Source: Verrucomicrobiota bacterium
Lineage (GTDB): Bacteria > Verrucomicrobiota > Verrucomicrobiia > Limisphaerales > Palsa-1400
Length of the DNA stretch: 64,000 nt
NCBI GenBank assembly: GCA_049517295.1
Contig: JBEKSF010000007.1
Location: 7,153 to 71,152, forward strand
Reading direction: 5' to 3'
Of the stretch, positions 31,977-41,906 are shown one piece after another (positions within the stretch are counted from its first letter, which is position 1; each line of letters begins with the position of its first letter). Under the pieces are notes generated by a model that saw only the letters and a list, made by a program, of their open reading frames with translations, did not search any database and was not told the DNA's origin. The translations under genes were made by a program, and so were the position numbers.

Positions 31977-32187
31977 TTACAAAAGGAACAAGGGCTAGTA
32001 GAATTATGACACCTTGGAATTTGACGAAAATGGGATGCTTGGATTAGCCTGAGAGAAACGAAAACTGTCACAATTACAGGACTGACCGGAATGGCGCTTA
32101 GAGAAACTGGCGGAGGATCATTGTAACGGTAATGACGACTTGAAATCCTGTCGCTGCTCTTGATCACCCGAGTGGCTGTGGAGAGAA

Positions 32188-33762
32188 ATGCATATTGACA
32201 AAACAATTCGAGTTGGCCTCATCAGCAAACTCTTCATTCTTCTGATTCGATTTATCGATCTGATGCAAGGGAGCATCTTGAAGAACTATGCTGTGTTTTC
32301 TCTTATCGTCCGTCACGCTCCGCAAAAGCTCGGCGCGGACGCCTGCTATTACAGGGCTTTCAAAGAGTTCCTGATTGCTTGTCACCGCGTTCCCGCTTAC
32401 AGCGATTTCCTGCGGAAGCGCGGTTGGTCCTGCGCATCCTCCGACCCGAAAGAGATTCTCAGGTCCCTGCCTCTCACCGATAAATCGGATTACATCTTGG
32501 CTTACAGCACTGAGGAAAGATGCCTCAACGGGAGTTTCTTCCTCAAAGGTGTTGTCGTTGATGAGTCCTCCGGCGCCACCGGGATTCCCTATAATTGGGT
32601 GCGGAGCGAAACCGAGCGCGAAATCGTCAAGAACCTGATCGGAGTTTACTTGAGGTATTGTTTCGGCGACAAAAGGTTCATCGTGCTGAACATGTTCAGC
32701 ATGGGAGCCTGGGCGACGGGTTTCAACATGGCGTTGGCGGCCCAATCCTTGGGCGTCGTCAAATCCACGGGTCCTGATGTGGACAAAATCCTCCGAACCC
32801 TTGAGTTTCTCGGAAACAATTACCCATACATTCTCAACGGTTATCCGCCCTTTTTGAAATACCTCTTCGATGAAGGAGAGCGCAGAGGGTTCAATTGGCA
32901 GGCATACACCATCCATGGTCTCGTCGGCGGCGAAGGTATGTCAGAAGGACTGCGCGATTATCTGCTCAAGTACGCCAAAACCGTTTACTCCGGTTATGGC
33001 GCTTCGGATTTGGAAATTGGCATGGCGGGCGAGAATCCCTTGACGGTGATGATCCGAAAACTCTGTTTCAAGGACCTGGCCTTGAGAAAGACTATCTTCG
33101 GAGACGAACATCGCTTGCCGATGCTCTTTCAATATAATCCACTGGACCATCTGGTCGAAATCATCGACCACGAGGTGGTTGTGACCATCAGCAAGCCTTG
33201 GACTCTTTCCCCGCGGATCCGGTATAACATCAAGGACGAAGGCGGCATGCTCACTTTTGATGAGATGAAACAAAAGCTTGGGTTGCACGGCATTAATTTG
33301 GAGGAATTGGAACGAAAATGTGCCTACCCCCGCTGGTATCTTCCGTTTCTTTTTATCTACGGTAGGAAAGACAGCACGGTGTCGGTTATGGGAGCAAACA
33401 TTTACCCCGAAGATGTGGAAAGCATCATTTATTCCATTCCTCTTTTGGCAAGCAGTATCAATGGTTTCGCCATCTCGCTGGAGGAAGACGCGGGGGGCAA
33501 TCCTCGTCCATGCTTTGAATTTGAGCTGTTGGATTTGCGTCCGAAGCTCGAAGTTGAAGCGATGTTGCGCCTGATCCTATCCCCCGAACTGGCGAAACTG
33601 AGCCTGGATTACAAGAAGGCCAGGGAAGAATACCCCCAAGCGGTTGAACCGATCGTGAGGACTTTCGGTATGCACGAAGGCCCTTTCAAAGCGAACCTCA
33701 GTCGCATTAAGCGACGGTATGTCAAAAATCCAGAAGGGCAAGGAGAGTCTGCCGCCAAATAG
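32188..33762 (+). CDS. Adenylate-forming enzyme of the phenylacetate-CoA ligase / F390 synthetase (PaaK/CapK-like) family
   Basis: 524 aa. The AMP-binding P-loop-like motif is VVDESSGATGIPYNW. Also present are GYGASDLEIG and VMGANIYPEDVESIIYSIP. The gene and its 5' spacer are visibly AT-richer than the neighbours. Confidence 0.65.
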   Translation: MHIDKTIRVGLISKLFILLIRFIDLMQGSILKNYAVFSLIVRHAPQKLGADACYYRAFKEFLIACHRVPAYSDFLRKRGWSCASSDPKEILRSLPLTDKSDYILAYSTEERCLNGSFFLKGVVVDESSGATGIPYNWVRSETEREIVKNLIGVYLRYCFGDKRFIVLNMFSMGAWATGFNMALAAQSLGVVKSTGPDVDKILRTLEFLGNNYPYILNGYPPFLKYLFDEGERRGFNWQAYTIHGLVGGEGMSEGLRDYLLKYAKTVYSGYGASDLEIGMAGENPLTVMIRKLCFKDLALRKTIFGDEHRLPMLFQYNPLDHLVEIIDHEVVVTISKPWTLSPRIRYNIKDEGGMLTFDEMKQKLGLHGINLEELERKCAYPRWYLPFLFIYGRKDSTVSVMGANIYPEDVESIIYSIPLLASSINGFAISLEEDAGGNPRPCFEFELLDLRPKLEVEAMLRLILSPELAKLSLDYKKAREEYPQAVEPIVRTFGMHEGPFKANLSRIKRRYVKNPEGQGESAAK

Positions 33763-33891
33763 CTTGGAGTCGAAGGCCGCGGGAACCTAGTGAGAAAAAC
33801 AAAACGTGTCGCACTTATATGATTGACCCCTGGGTCCTTTTATATGCGCGGGCAAACCTTCGCTTGCCAACATCAGCGCAAGAAATGGTTA

Positions 33892-33920
33892 TTGACAGCC
33901 CAAGCCCGGCCCGCCACAAT
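33892..33920 (+). promoter_or_regulatory. Candidate sigma-70-type promoter for the bd-like operon
   Basis: TTGACA (33892-33897), a 17-nt spacer, then CACAAT (33915-33920), about 90 nt upstream of ATG 34010. A good RBS (aaaaggag) precedes the ATG. The call is purely pattern-based. Confidence 0.25.
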
Positions 33921-34009
33921 CGAAGTCGCGTGGTGAACACAACACCCGCGCGGCGGACGGTACAGATGCGCGCAAAAGACAATTTCGTTTCCGCAAGAAA
34001 AGGAGCCGC

Positions 34010-35584
34010 ATGAATTATCCCGTGTGGGAGGTCCCCTTTGGCGCCGGATTGCTCATCGCCGCGGTGGCGATACTGCACGTGTTCGTGTCCCACTTTGCGG
34101 TCGGAGGCGGGCTTTTTCTAGTGTTGACCGAACGGAAGGCCCGGCGGAACAACGACCCGGAGCTTCTCGGCTGGTTGAAGGCGCATACCAAGTTCTTTGT
34201 GCTGGTGACGGTCGTGTTTGGCGCCATCAGCGGCGTGGGTATTTGGTTCACCATCGGGTTGATCGCCCCGACGGCCACCAGCAACCTCATCCATGCTTAC
34301 GTCTGGGGATGGGCCATCGAGTGGGTGTTTTTCTTTGTCGAGATCACCGCCGCTCTGCTTTATCTCTACGGTTGGGACAAACAGGAGGCGCGGCTGCATG
34401 AGTGGTATGGGTGGATTTACTTTATTGCCGCTTTCGCAAGCATGGTCGTGATCAACGGCATTATCACCTTCATGCTCACCTCCGGAAACTGGGTGAAAGA
34501 CCACCAGTTCTGGAGCGGCTTTTTCAATCCCACCTTCTTTCCATCGCTGGCTTTTCGCTTCGCCATAGCCCTCGCGCTGGCCGGCATCTACGCGTTGATT
34601 ACCGCCAGCGTGCGGAAAGAGGCGGCCTTGAAAGAGCGCCTGGTGCGTTGGAGCGCGTGGTGGATTGTGCCTTCCCTGGCGGTTTTGCCGGCGTTGGCCT
34701 GGTGCTACATCCGCCGGATTCCGCCCGATGTCTGGTCCAGCGCCCGCGGCCCAATGCCCACCGCCACGCACTTCGCCCTCTTCGCCGTCATTTTGCTCGC
34801 CGTGGCGTTTGCGCTGGCTCTGTTGACACTGGTCAAGCCGGGGCGGATGCACCTGGCGTTCAGCCTGATCGTCGCGCTGGTTGCGCTCGGCGCGATGGGT
34901 TCATTCGAGTTGGTCCGCGAAGCCATCCGCAAGCCTTATGTGATCTCCAACTACTTATACGCTAACTCGCTCTATTCGGCCAAGGTCCCGGGGGACGGCG
35001 GATTTAGCGTCAGTGAAGTTACCGCCACCGGCGTTATACTGTCCGCGAAGTGGATAGACCCGAGTGTCCTCGCCACGAACGATCCGGCCGCGGAGGGCCG
35101 TGAGATCTTTCGCCTCGAATGCGAGAGCTGCCACACGATAGACGCCTATCGGGGGGTCAAACATTACCTGGCCTTGCGTCAATGGGATCAGAACAAGATT
35201 CAAGTCATGCTCGGAGTCATTGAGTTGATGCACAATGGCGCGATGCCGCCGTTCGCCGGGACCGCTGGGGAGCGCGGCGCGCTCGCCGCGTTTCTGAGCA
35301 CCGTCCAGCCCGTGTCCGCATCCGCGCCTGAGGCCGGCGATGGCAAGACAGTTTACGATCAGAACTGCGCCATGTGCCATCCGTCAAGCGCCGGCAGCGC
35401 CGTCTTTAACAGTCTGCCGCAAGACCAAAATGCCGCCGTCAAAGCCCTCAAGGATTTAACAAGCGTCTTTGTCGTCATGCCGGACCTGAAGCTCTCGGAA
35501 CAGCAGCGTATCGTGCTGGTCCAGTGGATGAATGCGCGGCGCGGTCCGAAGGGTTCGGGCAAGGCCGCGCAAGGAGGAACTTAA
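34010..35584 (+). CDS. CydA-like (cytochrome bd subunit I-related) membrane protein fused to a C-terminal di-haem cytochrome c domain
   Basis: 524 aa. The N-terminus MNYPVWEVPFGAGLLIAAVAILHVFVSHFAVGGGLFLVLTE is followed by about 8-9 helices. The C-terminal soluble part has two CxxCH motifs (CESCH, CAMCH). Confidence 0.6.
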   Translation: MNYPVWEVPFGAGLLIAAVAILHVFVSHFAVGGGLFLVLTERKARRNNDPELLGWLKAHTKFFVLVTVVFGAISGVGIWFTIGLIAPTATSNLIHAYVWGWAIEWVFFFVEITAALLYLYGWDKQEARLHEWYGWIYFIAAFASMVVINGIITFMLTSGNWVKDHQFWSGFFNPTFFPSLAFRFAIALALAGIYALITASVRKEAALKERLVRWSAWWIVPSLAVLPALAWCYIRRIPPDVWSSARGPMPTATHFALFAVILLAVAFALALLTLVKPGRMHLAFSLIVALVALGAMGSFELVREAIRKPYVISNYLYANSLYSAKVPGDGGFSVSEVTATGVILSAKWIDPSVLATNDPAAEGREIFRLECESCHTIDAYRGVKHYLALRQWDQNKIQVMLGVIELMHNGAMPPFAGTAGERGALAAFLSTVQPVSASAPEAGDGKTVYDQNCAMCHPSSAGSAVFNSLPQDQNAAVKALKDLTSVFVVMPDLKLSEQQRIVLVQWMNARRGPKGSGKAAQGGT

Positions 35585-36685
35585 ATGCCGCCTAACGTGA
35601 TTCCCACCCTCGACCCGAACCCGTTGCCGGCGCCGTTTTGGGTCTTCAAATTGCTGCTCATTGTCACGTTTTTCCTTCACATTGTTGCGATGAATTCAGT
35701 GCTCGGCGGCGGTGTCCTTGCGCTCGTGGCGAAGTGGGGTTCGAGGAATCGCGAGATCGGCAATCGCATCTTTGTCGATGTTGCCAAAAAGCTGCCCGTT
35801 CTATTGCCCGCAACCATCACTCTTGGTATCGCGCCGCTGCTCTTCGTGCAGGTTCTCTATGGGCAGTTTCTCTACACGTCTTCGATTGTGATGGGCTGGC
35901 CCTGGTTTCTGGTGCTGGTCTTCCTGGTGATCGCTTACTACGGTTTCTATTACGTTTCCTACCGATGCGGCCGGCCCGGCGGAAAAGTGGTCGGGGTGAT
36001 GCAATTGAGCATGATCCTGATCTTCCTGATTGGCTTCCTGTTCAGCAATAATCTTACCCTGAGCCAGAATCCCTCGCGCTGGGCCGGGAAGTACTTCGCC
36101 GACCCTCGCGGTTGGAACCTTAACCTGACGGAGCCAACGCTTATCCCCCGCTTTCTGCACTTCTTCACCGCGGCGGTGGCGGTCGGGGGGCTGCTTCTGG
36201 TATTTCTGGCCTTGGCCAACTGGAAACGGGACTCTGAGTACGCCCGTCATCTCCTGCGTTTTGGCGGAAACGCATTCATGTACGCCACCATGGCGCAATT
36301 CATCGTGGGCATCCTGTTCCTGGTCAGCCTTCCGCGCGACCTGCGAATGTTGTTTATGGGTGACAGTTCCCTGGCGACCATTCTGCTTCTAATTGGCATC
36401 ACTGGCGGCATTGCATCGATCTTCCTTATGTCCGACGCCCTGCGGAAAGAAAACATTCGCACGGCCGCTTTCTACGTGCCGGTCATCCTAATCGTCGTCA
36501 TCGCCTCCATGTCCGTCATGAGAGACCTCCTGCGCGATGCATATCTCAAACCGTATTTTCACCCCGGGCAATTCGCCGTAAGTACGCAATGGTCCGTGTT
36601 TCCGTTGTTTCTCGTGTTTTTCGTAGCCGGCGTGGCTCTTTGGCTCGTAATGCTCAGGCGGCACGGACTATTTGGCGGCAAGTAA
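35585..36685 (+). CDS. Paralogous CydA'-like multi-pass membrane protein (second subunit of the bd-like complex)
   Basis: 366 aa. Its ATG directly abuts the upstream stop. The N-terminal helices FFLHIVAMNSVLGGGVLALVAKW parallel ILHVFVSHFAVGGGLFLVLTE of the upstream protein. It has no haem c motif. Confidence 0.55.
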   Translation: MPPNVIPTLDPNPLPAPFWVFKLLLIVTFFLHIVAMNSVLGGGVLALVAKWGSRNREIGNRIFVDVAKKLPVLLPATITLGIAPLLFVQVLYGQFLYTSSIVMGWPWFLVLVFLVIAYYGFYYVSYRCGRPGGKVVGVMQLSMILIFLIGFLFSNNLTLSQNPSRWAGKYFADPRGWNLNLTEPTLIPRFLHFFTAAVAVGGLLLVFLALANWKRDSEYARHLLRFGGNAFMYATMAQFIVGILFLVSLPRDLRMLFMGDSSLATILLLIGITGGIASIFLMSDALRKENIRTAAFYVPVILIVVIASMSVMRDLLRDAYLKPYFHPGQFAVSTQWSVFPLFLVFFVAGVALWLVMLRRHGLFGGK

Positions 36686-36844
36686 GGACAGTTGATTGAG
36701 CTTTCGCATCGTATGCGGCTGAGGGGCCACATGGACAAGGAGGGTCGAACTAAGCCAATTCGCTGCGTAACCAATGGTGTTCTCCCCTCCGCGAGTCCGT
36801 TTAGTTCAACGACGACGACTCCTCTATCGCTCGAACTCAAAAAC

Positions 36845-38914
36845 TCACGAACAGTCAGCGGAGCGAGACGTGGGCTGCAATGATAATGTGGAAGTCGGCC
36901 GGCTTTTCACTACCCACCACAAAACCCTTCCAGCCGCCACCGCGAGCAGGAGGATTGCCAGCAGAGAGGTGGATTGCCTCGGCCCCTGGTGGCCAATTTT
37001 GGCTTCCAGGTAGGTCTGGTAAGTGAGGCCTTGGCCAGTCAGCAGTCCGAGCGTGGATTCGTCAGCGGGGGCGATGAAGTCGGGAGAGCGAAGATCGGAG
37101 ATCCACAGTTTTCTGGAGCCATCCGGATATTCAAATACTTCGAATCGGGCATTTCTGTGCTGAGCGATAATGCCTGGGACCTGGTCAGCGGCGACCCGGC
37201 GAACCTTCCAGTCGGTGGTCAGGCTCAGGAAAACGGCCACGACAACCATCCCGCACGCAACCAATGCGGCAAAGGCTTTGTCCACACGGCGTTCGTTTCT
37301 TGCGGCAGCGATAAGGCGCGCCTCGGATGGCTGATTGTTGCGTCTGCGCATTAAAGTCACCGCGCCCGCAACGACGATGAAGAAACAGAAGGGAACCATC
37401 AACGACAACAGCGCCCATCTGCGCAACCACAACACGGCCTGGCTGGCAAGGCTAAAGTCCCGATTGTTAACGATCGTTTTATACCTGATGCCTTTCTCCG
37501 TCAGTAGCGCCAATGTGCTATTCTCTGCCGGTGCGTCAAAGCAGTAAGAAGGGAACGTGCTAACCGGCGTGGCGTCTTCGCGCACCTCGCCATCGAGGAA
37601 GCAGAACCCTTTTTGACATTGATTAAGGAAGAATCTGATGTCGCGTCCCTTGGAGTTGGCGATCAGGTTTTGAACTTCAGCGGTGGACAGGAACTGGGTT
37701 TTGGGTAGGCGTAGGCGGGACTCCGTACGGTAGGTCCAGATGGCAGATGCCAGGCAAACGAGAGCCCCTGTCATTGCCAGCACCACCCAAAGGATAACGT
37801 GTTTTCCACCCGGACTGGAGATTTGCGCGCCGCTATCCGTCTCAGGACCGATTCGCCGCCGCCGCTGCCAAGTCCAAATGACCAGAGACAAGGGTGCCAC
37901 TCCATAGATGAAGACTGGAATCAAGAAGTCACAATAAAACCGCGCGAAGGGTATTATTCTTGCGCCCATGCGATGTTCCAACAAGGACAGGAGTAGCGCA
38001 GGCAGAATGACAAGGACGAGCATGCTGGCTCCCATGTTCCGCCAAAAAGTGGCTACAGACCGGCGCGCCCGTTCACTGTTCTGACGGTCGCCTCCCATCT
38101 TGTACCCGATGTACCCGCCCAATGATAAAGCCGCAGCAACCCAGTAAACCATTCCCATAATAAAATTGGCAATCGCTTGCAAATATCCGACGGAGCCTGT
38201 TGTCTTGGCAGCCACGCTGCCGTGCTTCGCGAGCACTGTCCCGACCGTCGCCGCCTTGGCCGTTGTGGCCAGCAGCGGCAGCCCGGCAATCACGCCCAGC
38301 GTGAAGGCCTTGCCCGGACTGGTTTGCTTCAGCGCGCCGGCGACAAAGGCGAGGAATCTCTCCTGCAGCAGTTTCCGCCCGCGCGACAGTCGTTGCTTCA
38401 CAGCATCTTCACTGAGACCTAAATCCTGCGCGACCGCCTCAACGGATTGGTGTTCGCGATAAAACAACACCAGCGGCTCGCGATAGATTTCCGGGATGCG
38501 TTCGAGCGAGCGCCAGAGAATCGCCTTTTCCTCGTCGCTGATGACTTGGTCCGGAGGCAGCGGTTCTGGTGAAACCCACTCGTCCAGCGCCTCCAGCGAT
38601 TCGGCGGCATGATCCGGCTCACGTCCCTGCCGCCGGAACTCATTGGTAATGAGAGAACGGGCGATGCTGCACAGCCAGGGGCGCAACTTCGCTGGTTCGC
38701 GCAGTTCGGCCAACTGCTTCCAGGCGTTGAAGAAAGTCTGCTGCCCCAGATCCTCGCTCTGACTGACGTTGCCAGTGGCGCAATACGCCAGCGACGCGAT
38801 CAAGGTCTGATACCGCTCCACAATCCGGCCAAAGGCGTCCCGATTGCCGCTCAGGCTTTCTGCCACCAAATCGGCATCGCTGAGTTCTGCCGCATGCATC
38901 GCGTCATTTTTCAT
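36845..38914 (-). CDS. ECF sigma factor fused to a ~500-aa multi-pass membrane extension with an internal duplication
   Basis: Sigma region 2 is FGRIVERYQTLIASLAYCATGNVSQSEDLGQQTFFNAWK. Region 4 is LVLFYREHQSVEAVAQDLGLSEDAVKQRLSRGRKLL. Many TM helices follow. The duplicated module is CFDAPAENSTLALLTEKGIRYKT / DFIAPADESTLGLLTGQGLTYQT. Confidence 0.8.
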   Translation of the reverse strand: MKNDAMHAAELSDADLVAESLSGNRDAFGRIVERYQTLIASLAYCATGNVSQSEDLGQQTFFNAWKQLAELREPAKLRPWLCSIARSLITNEFRRQGREPDHAAESLEALDEWVSPEPLPPDQVISDEEKAILWRSLERIPEIYREPLVLFYREHQSVEAVAQDLGLSEDAVKQRLSRGRKLLQERFLAFVAGALKQTSPGKAFTLGVIAGLPLLATTAKAATVGTVLAKHGSVAAKTTGSVGYLQAIANFIMGMVYWVAAALSLGGYIGYKMGGDRQNSERARRSVATFWRNMGASMLVLVILPALLLSLLEHRMGARIIPFARFYCDFLIPVFIYGVAPLSLVIWTWQRRRRIGPETDSGAQISSPGGKHVILWVVLAMTGALVCLASAIWTYRTESRLRLPKTQFLSTAEVQNLIANSKGRDIRFFLNQCQKGFCFLDGEVREDATPVSTFPSYCFDAPAENSTLALLTEKGIRYKTIVNNRDFSLASQAVLWLRRWALLSLMVPFCFFIVVAGAVTLMRRRNNQPSEARLIAAARNERRVDKAFAALVACGMVVVAVFLSLTTDWKVRRVAADQVPGIIAQHRNARFEVFEYPDGSRKLWISDLRSPDFIAPADESTLGLLTGQGLTYQTYLEAKIGHQGPRQSTSLLAILLLAVAAGRVLWWVVKSRPTSTLSLQPTSRSADCS

Positions 38915-39122
38915 CGTATCATCATATAAGAAACCGGGAAGCCCAAAGAGGTGACAGAAAATCTATCGGTACCGATCCAGACGCCGCCCGTTGCCGATGC
39001 CAGGGTGTTGGGGGAACGCATGTTCAAACTACAGACACAACTCGCTCCCGTGTCAGGGCCGGTTTTCAAACAAGCTCTTAAAAAAGTGTCCCTTTTTCTC
39101 GTTGGCGGGAATTACTAATTAA

Positions 39123-41606
39123 ATGACACTGCGCGCTATGAGCGATTGGGAGTTGCTTCAGGCCTACGCGATGAACCGGTCGGAAACGGCGTTTGCCGAA
39201 CTGGTCAGACTTCACGTTGACTGGGTTCACTCCGTGGCCCTCCGCCACGTGGGCGATCCGCATCTGGCTGAAGATGTGGTCCAGTCAGTGTTCGTGCTGC
39301 TGGCCCGCAAGGCCCGCGATCTCCGCCCCGGCACCGTTCTGGGCGGTTGGCTCTTTCGCACGACCTGCCACGTGGCCGCCCATGCCCGGCGCGCGGAACA
39401 ACGGCGCAAAAGCCGCGAAGCCACTGCCTGCACTATGAGCCATGATACCAATTCTCCAGACAGCAGCGAGATTCTCTGGCAACAACTCGCCCCTCACCTT
39501 GATCTGGCCGTTTCCGCCCTCTCGGAAAGCGACCGCTCCGCTATTCTGTTGCGCTTTTATGAAAAAGCACCCATGAGCAAAGTCGGCGAGCGCCTGGGCG
39601 TCAGTGAAGATGCGGCCAAAAAGCGCGTCAGCCGGGCTGTGGAAAGGATGAGGGACTTCCTGGCTGAACGGGGTGTAAAAATTGGAGGCGTCGTGCTCGC
39701 TGGGATGTTGGCCGAGAAAACGGTCCAGGCGGCTCCGGCAGCGATGGCGGCGGCGGTTGCAAAGATTGCGATGGCGGCAACAGCCGCATCGTCTTCCGTG
39801 ATGCTGCCGCCATTGGCACAGGAGACTCTCCGCGCCTGGCATTGGGCAAAGGCCAAGCTGGTTGCGGGTCTGGCGGTTTCTTCGATGGCTTTGATTCTTG
39901 TCATCGCGGGCATGAGTGCTGTGCTCGGATCTCATTCGGTGTCACCATCAATGGCCGCCAATGGCTCCCACGGCGGGGACGCTGCCAGGCAAGACCGGCG
40001 CCCAAGCGCACAGGGAAAAACGGGTGCGGTTGCGGCCCGGCTGCCGCACGACTCCGTTCTTTCCCCGGATGACACTGACAACCTGTCCTTCACAGGAAGG
40101 GTCATTGATAAATTCACCGGGGAACCCGTCCAGGGAGCAACGGTGCGGGTGAGACGCGAAATCTCCTCTTCCACCGACCACCGGGTGCTTGAGGAAACCG
40201 AACATCTGACCGACGCGAATGGCCAGTTTACGTTCGGTTTGACGCCCGAGCAGTCCACTAATCGCTCAACCTACTTGAATTTTGAGGTCGTGCATCCCAA
40301 CTACGCTCGCAGGCCCTGGGACGGTTATGCCTTGACCATGATTCGCACGAACGAATCCCTCGGTGAGCGTCCCTTTTTCGAGCATCTCGACTTGGCTCCC
40401 GCCGAAGGCATCAGCGGAACATTACTCCGCCCGGATGGCGCGCCCGCGGCCGGCGTTAAAGTGCTGACCTATTCCAAAGCCGTTAAAACAGACATGTCTG
40501 ACTATGGTTCTTTCGCCGAAACCAATACCGACGTATCGGGAACATTCCATATCAACGTTGTCAAAGGCGGCGAAGCAGTGCTCTGGCTGCTGCCTCAGGA
40601 TTTCGTGCCCTCGACGCACCTGATCCACCAGCAACGCGGGGATCTCGGCCAATTTGCCCTCGAAGACGGAGTCCGGCTCACCGGCCAAGTGTTCGATAGC
40701 GACGGCTTGCCCGTGAGCCATGTCTGGGTCAACGCCGAACTCTCCGGCGGACCTGCCAAGAAGCCAATCGGCATGCCGGTGGCCGACGCGCTTTCACGTT
40801 CCGCCCTGACCGATGAGCAAGGTCAGTTCGCCACCGGACCGCTTCCGGTCGGCGACTATTATGTATTGATCAGCGAGTATCCGCGGGACAATCTTGCCCA
40901 GGACCGCACTCGTTATCCTGTGTCCGACGTGTTTATGCATCAAAGGGTGCGGATTGAAGGGGGGCAAGCCACTCAATCGATGGAGATTCGTGCGGTTCCT
41001 CATGTCGTTCTCGGCATTCAGCAACTGGATGGGCAGGGCAATCCGCACAAGACCCACGAGGTAAATGTTTCAGGGCGCTTAGGCGATACAGGCTGGTGGG
41101 GTGAGGGGCGTCCCGATCAAGACGGCAGGATTGCGGTGAAGGTCCCGCAAGGCCTTGCCGACGTCCGAATCGGGCTTTTAGTCAATGAGCATCAATCGAC
41201 GCGCTATCGCTGGTCTAACGATTCTCCCTGGCGCAACGAAAATGAGATCACTGCCGCGATTCTCGATCATGACACCAACGAAATCTCCGTTATGTATTAC
41301 ACCGCGCCGATTCTCCTTGTCCGGGCAACGGCGGAGGATGGCAGCGCCATTCCGGCTTTCAAGTGCCAGGTAACTTATGCGAATGACAGAAAACCATACA
41401 CGCAGCCGCCGCACTGGATTAACGGCGACTCTGGCGACGTGAATTTCGAAAAGCAACAAGATGGGCGCTGGCGTTCGCAGTCTCTGTTGCCCAATGAAGA
41501 CCTGTCTCTCACGGTCGAGGCCGAAGGCTTCCAAACTTGGTCCCAGTCAATCAACCTTGCTGAAGGGGCCAGCCAGGAAATAGAAGCAAAGCTGGTATCG
41601 AAGTGA
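39123..41606 (+). CDS. ECF sigma factor fused via TM segment to an extracytoplasmic region with carboxypeptidase-regulatory-like beta-sandwich repeats
   Basis: Sigma region 2 is FAELVRLHVDWVHSVALRHVGDPHLAEDVVQSVFVLLARK. Region 4 is ILLRFYEKAPMSKVGERLGVSEDAAKKRVSRAVERM. The TM segment is LVAGLAVSSMALILVIAGM. The repeats are GRVIDKFTGEPVQGATVRV, GTLLRPDGAPAAGVKV and GQVFDSDGLPVSHVWV. Confidence 0.8.
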   Translation: MTLRAMSDWELLQAYAMNRSETAFAELVRLHVDWVHSVALRHVGDPHLAEDVVQSVFVLLARKARDLRPGTVLGGWLFRTTCHVAAHARRAEQRRKSREATACTMSHDTNSPDSSEILWQQLAPHLDLAVSALSESDRSAILLRFYEKAPMSKVGERLGVSEDAAKKRVSRAVERMRDFLAERGVKIGGVVLAGMLAEKTVQAAPAAMAAAVAKIAMAATAASSSVMLPPLAQETLRAWHWAKAKLVAGLAVSSMALILVIAGMSAVLGSHSVSPSMAANGSHGGDAARQDRRPSAQGKTGAVAARLPHDSVLSPDDTDNLSFTGRVIDKFTGEPVQGATVRVRREISSSTDHRVLEETEHLTDANGQFTFGLTPEQSTNRSTYLNFEVVHPNYARRPWDGYALTMIRTNESLGERPFFEHLDLAPAEGISGTLLRPDGAPAAGVKVLTYSKAVKTDMSDYGSFAETNTDVSGTFHINVVKGGEAVLWLLPQDFVPSTHLIHQQRGDLGQFALEDGVRLTGQVFDSDGLPVSHVWVNAELSGGPAKKPIGMPVADALSRSALTDEQGQFATGPLPVGDYYVLISEYPRDNLAQDRTRYPVSDVFMHQRVRIEGGQATQSMEIRAVPHVVLGIQQLDGQGNPHKTHEVNVSGRLGDTGWWGEGRPDQDGRIAVKVPQGLADVRIGLLVNEHQSTRYRWSNDSPWRNENEITAAILDHDTNEISVMYYTAPILLVRATAEDGSAIPAFKCQVTYANDRKPYTQPPHWINGDSGDVNFEKQQDGRWRSQSLLPNEDLSLTVEAEGFQTWSQSINLAEGASQEIEAKLVSK

Positions 41607-41876
41607 CCCGCGACATCACCATCAACCCTTTCCCGCTTCCCCCGATCTGTGTCAATCCACTTAATCTGTGGCTGAAATAAATCTTCGGAAAAAGTGCGCT
41701 TTTTCCCCCAGTCGGTTTTTCCCCCTCGTGGAAATGTGATCAACTCCTGCGCGTGAGCACGAATATGCCTGCCCACCGTAGCTTCAGCGTAGGTGGGTCC
41801 ATCGCCCGGCGCCCTTCGCCGGGCCGCCACGGACGCCCTACCGGCGCCCGATCCCCCGTCCCATCCCTTCCCCCTC

Positions 41877-41906
41877 CTAATCATAATCCTAATCTTAATC
41901 TTAATC
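41877..41906 (+). repeat. Hexanucleotide array (NTAATC)x5
   Basis: CTAATC ATAATC CTAATC TTAATC TTAATC, read directly. A similar array in the same orientation lies at 43501-43530. Confidence 0.85.
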
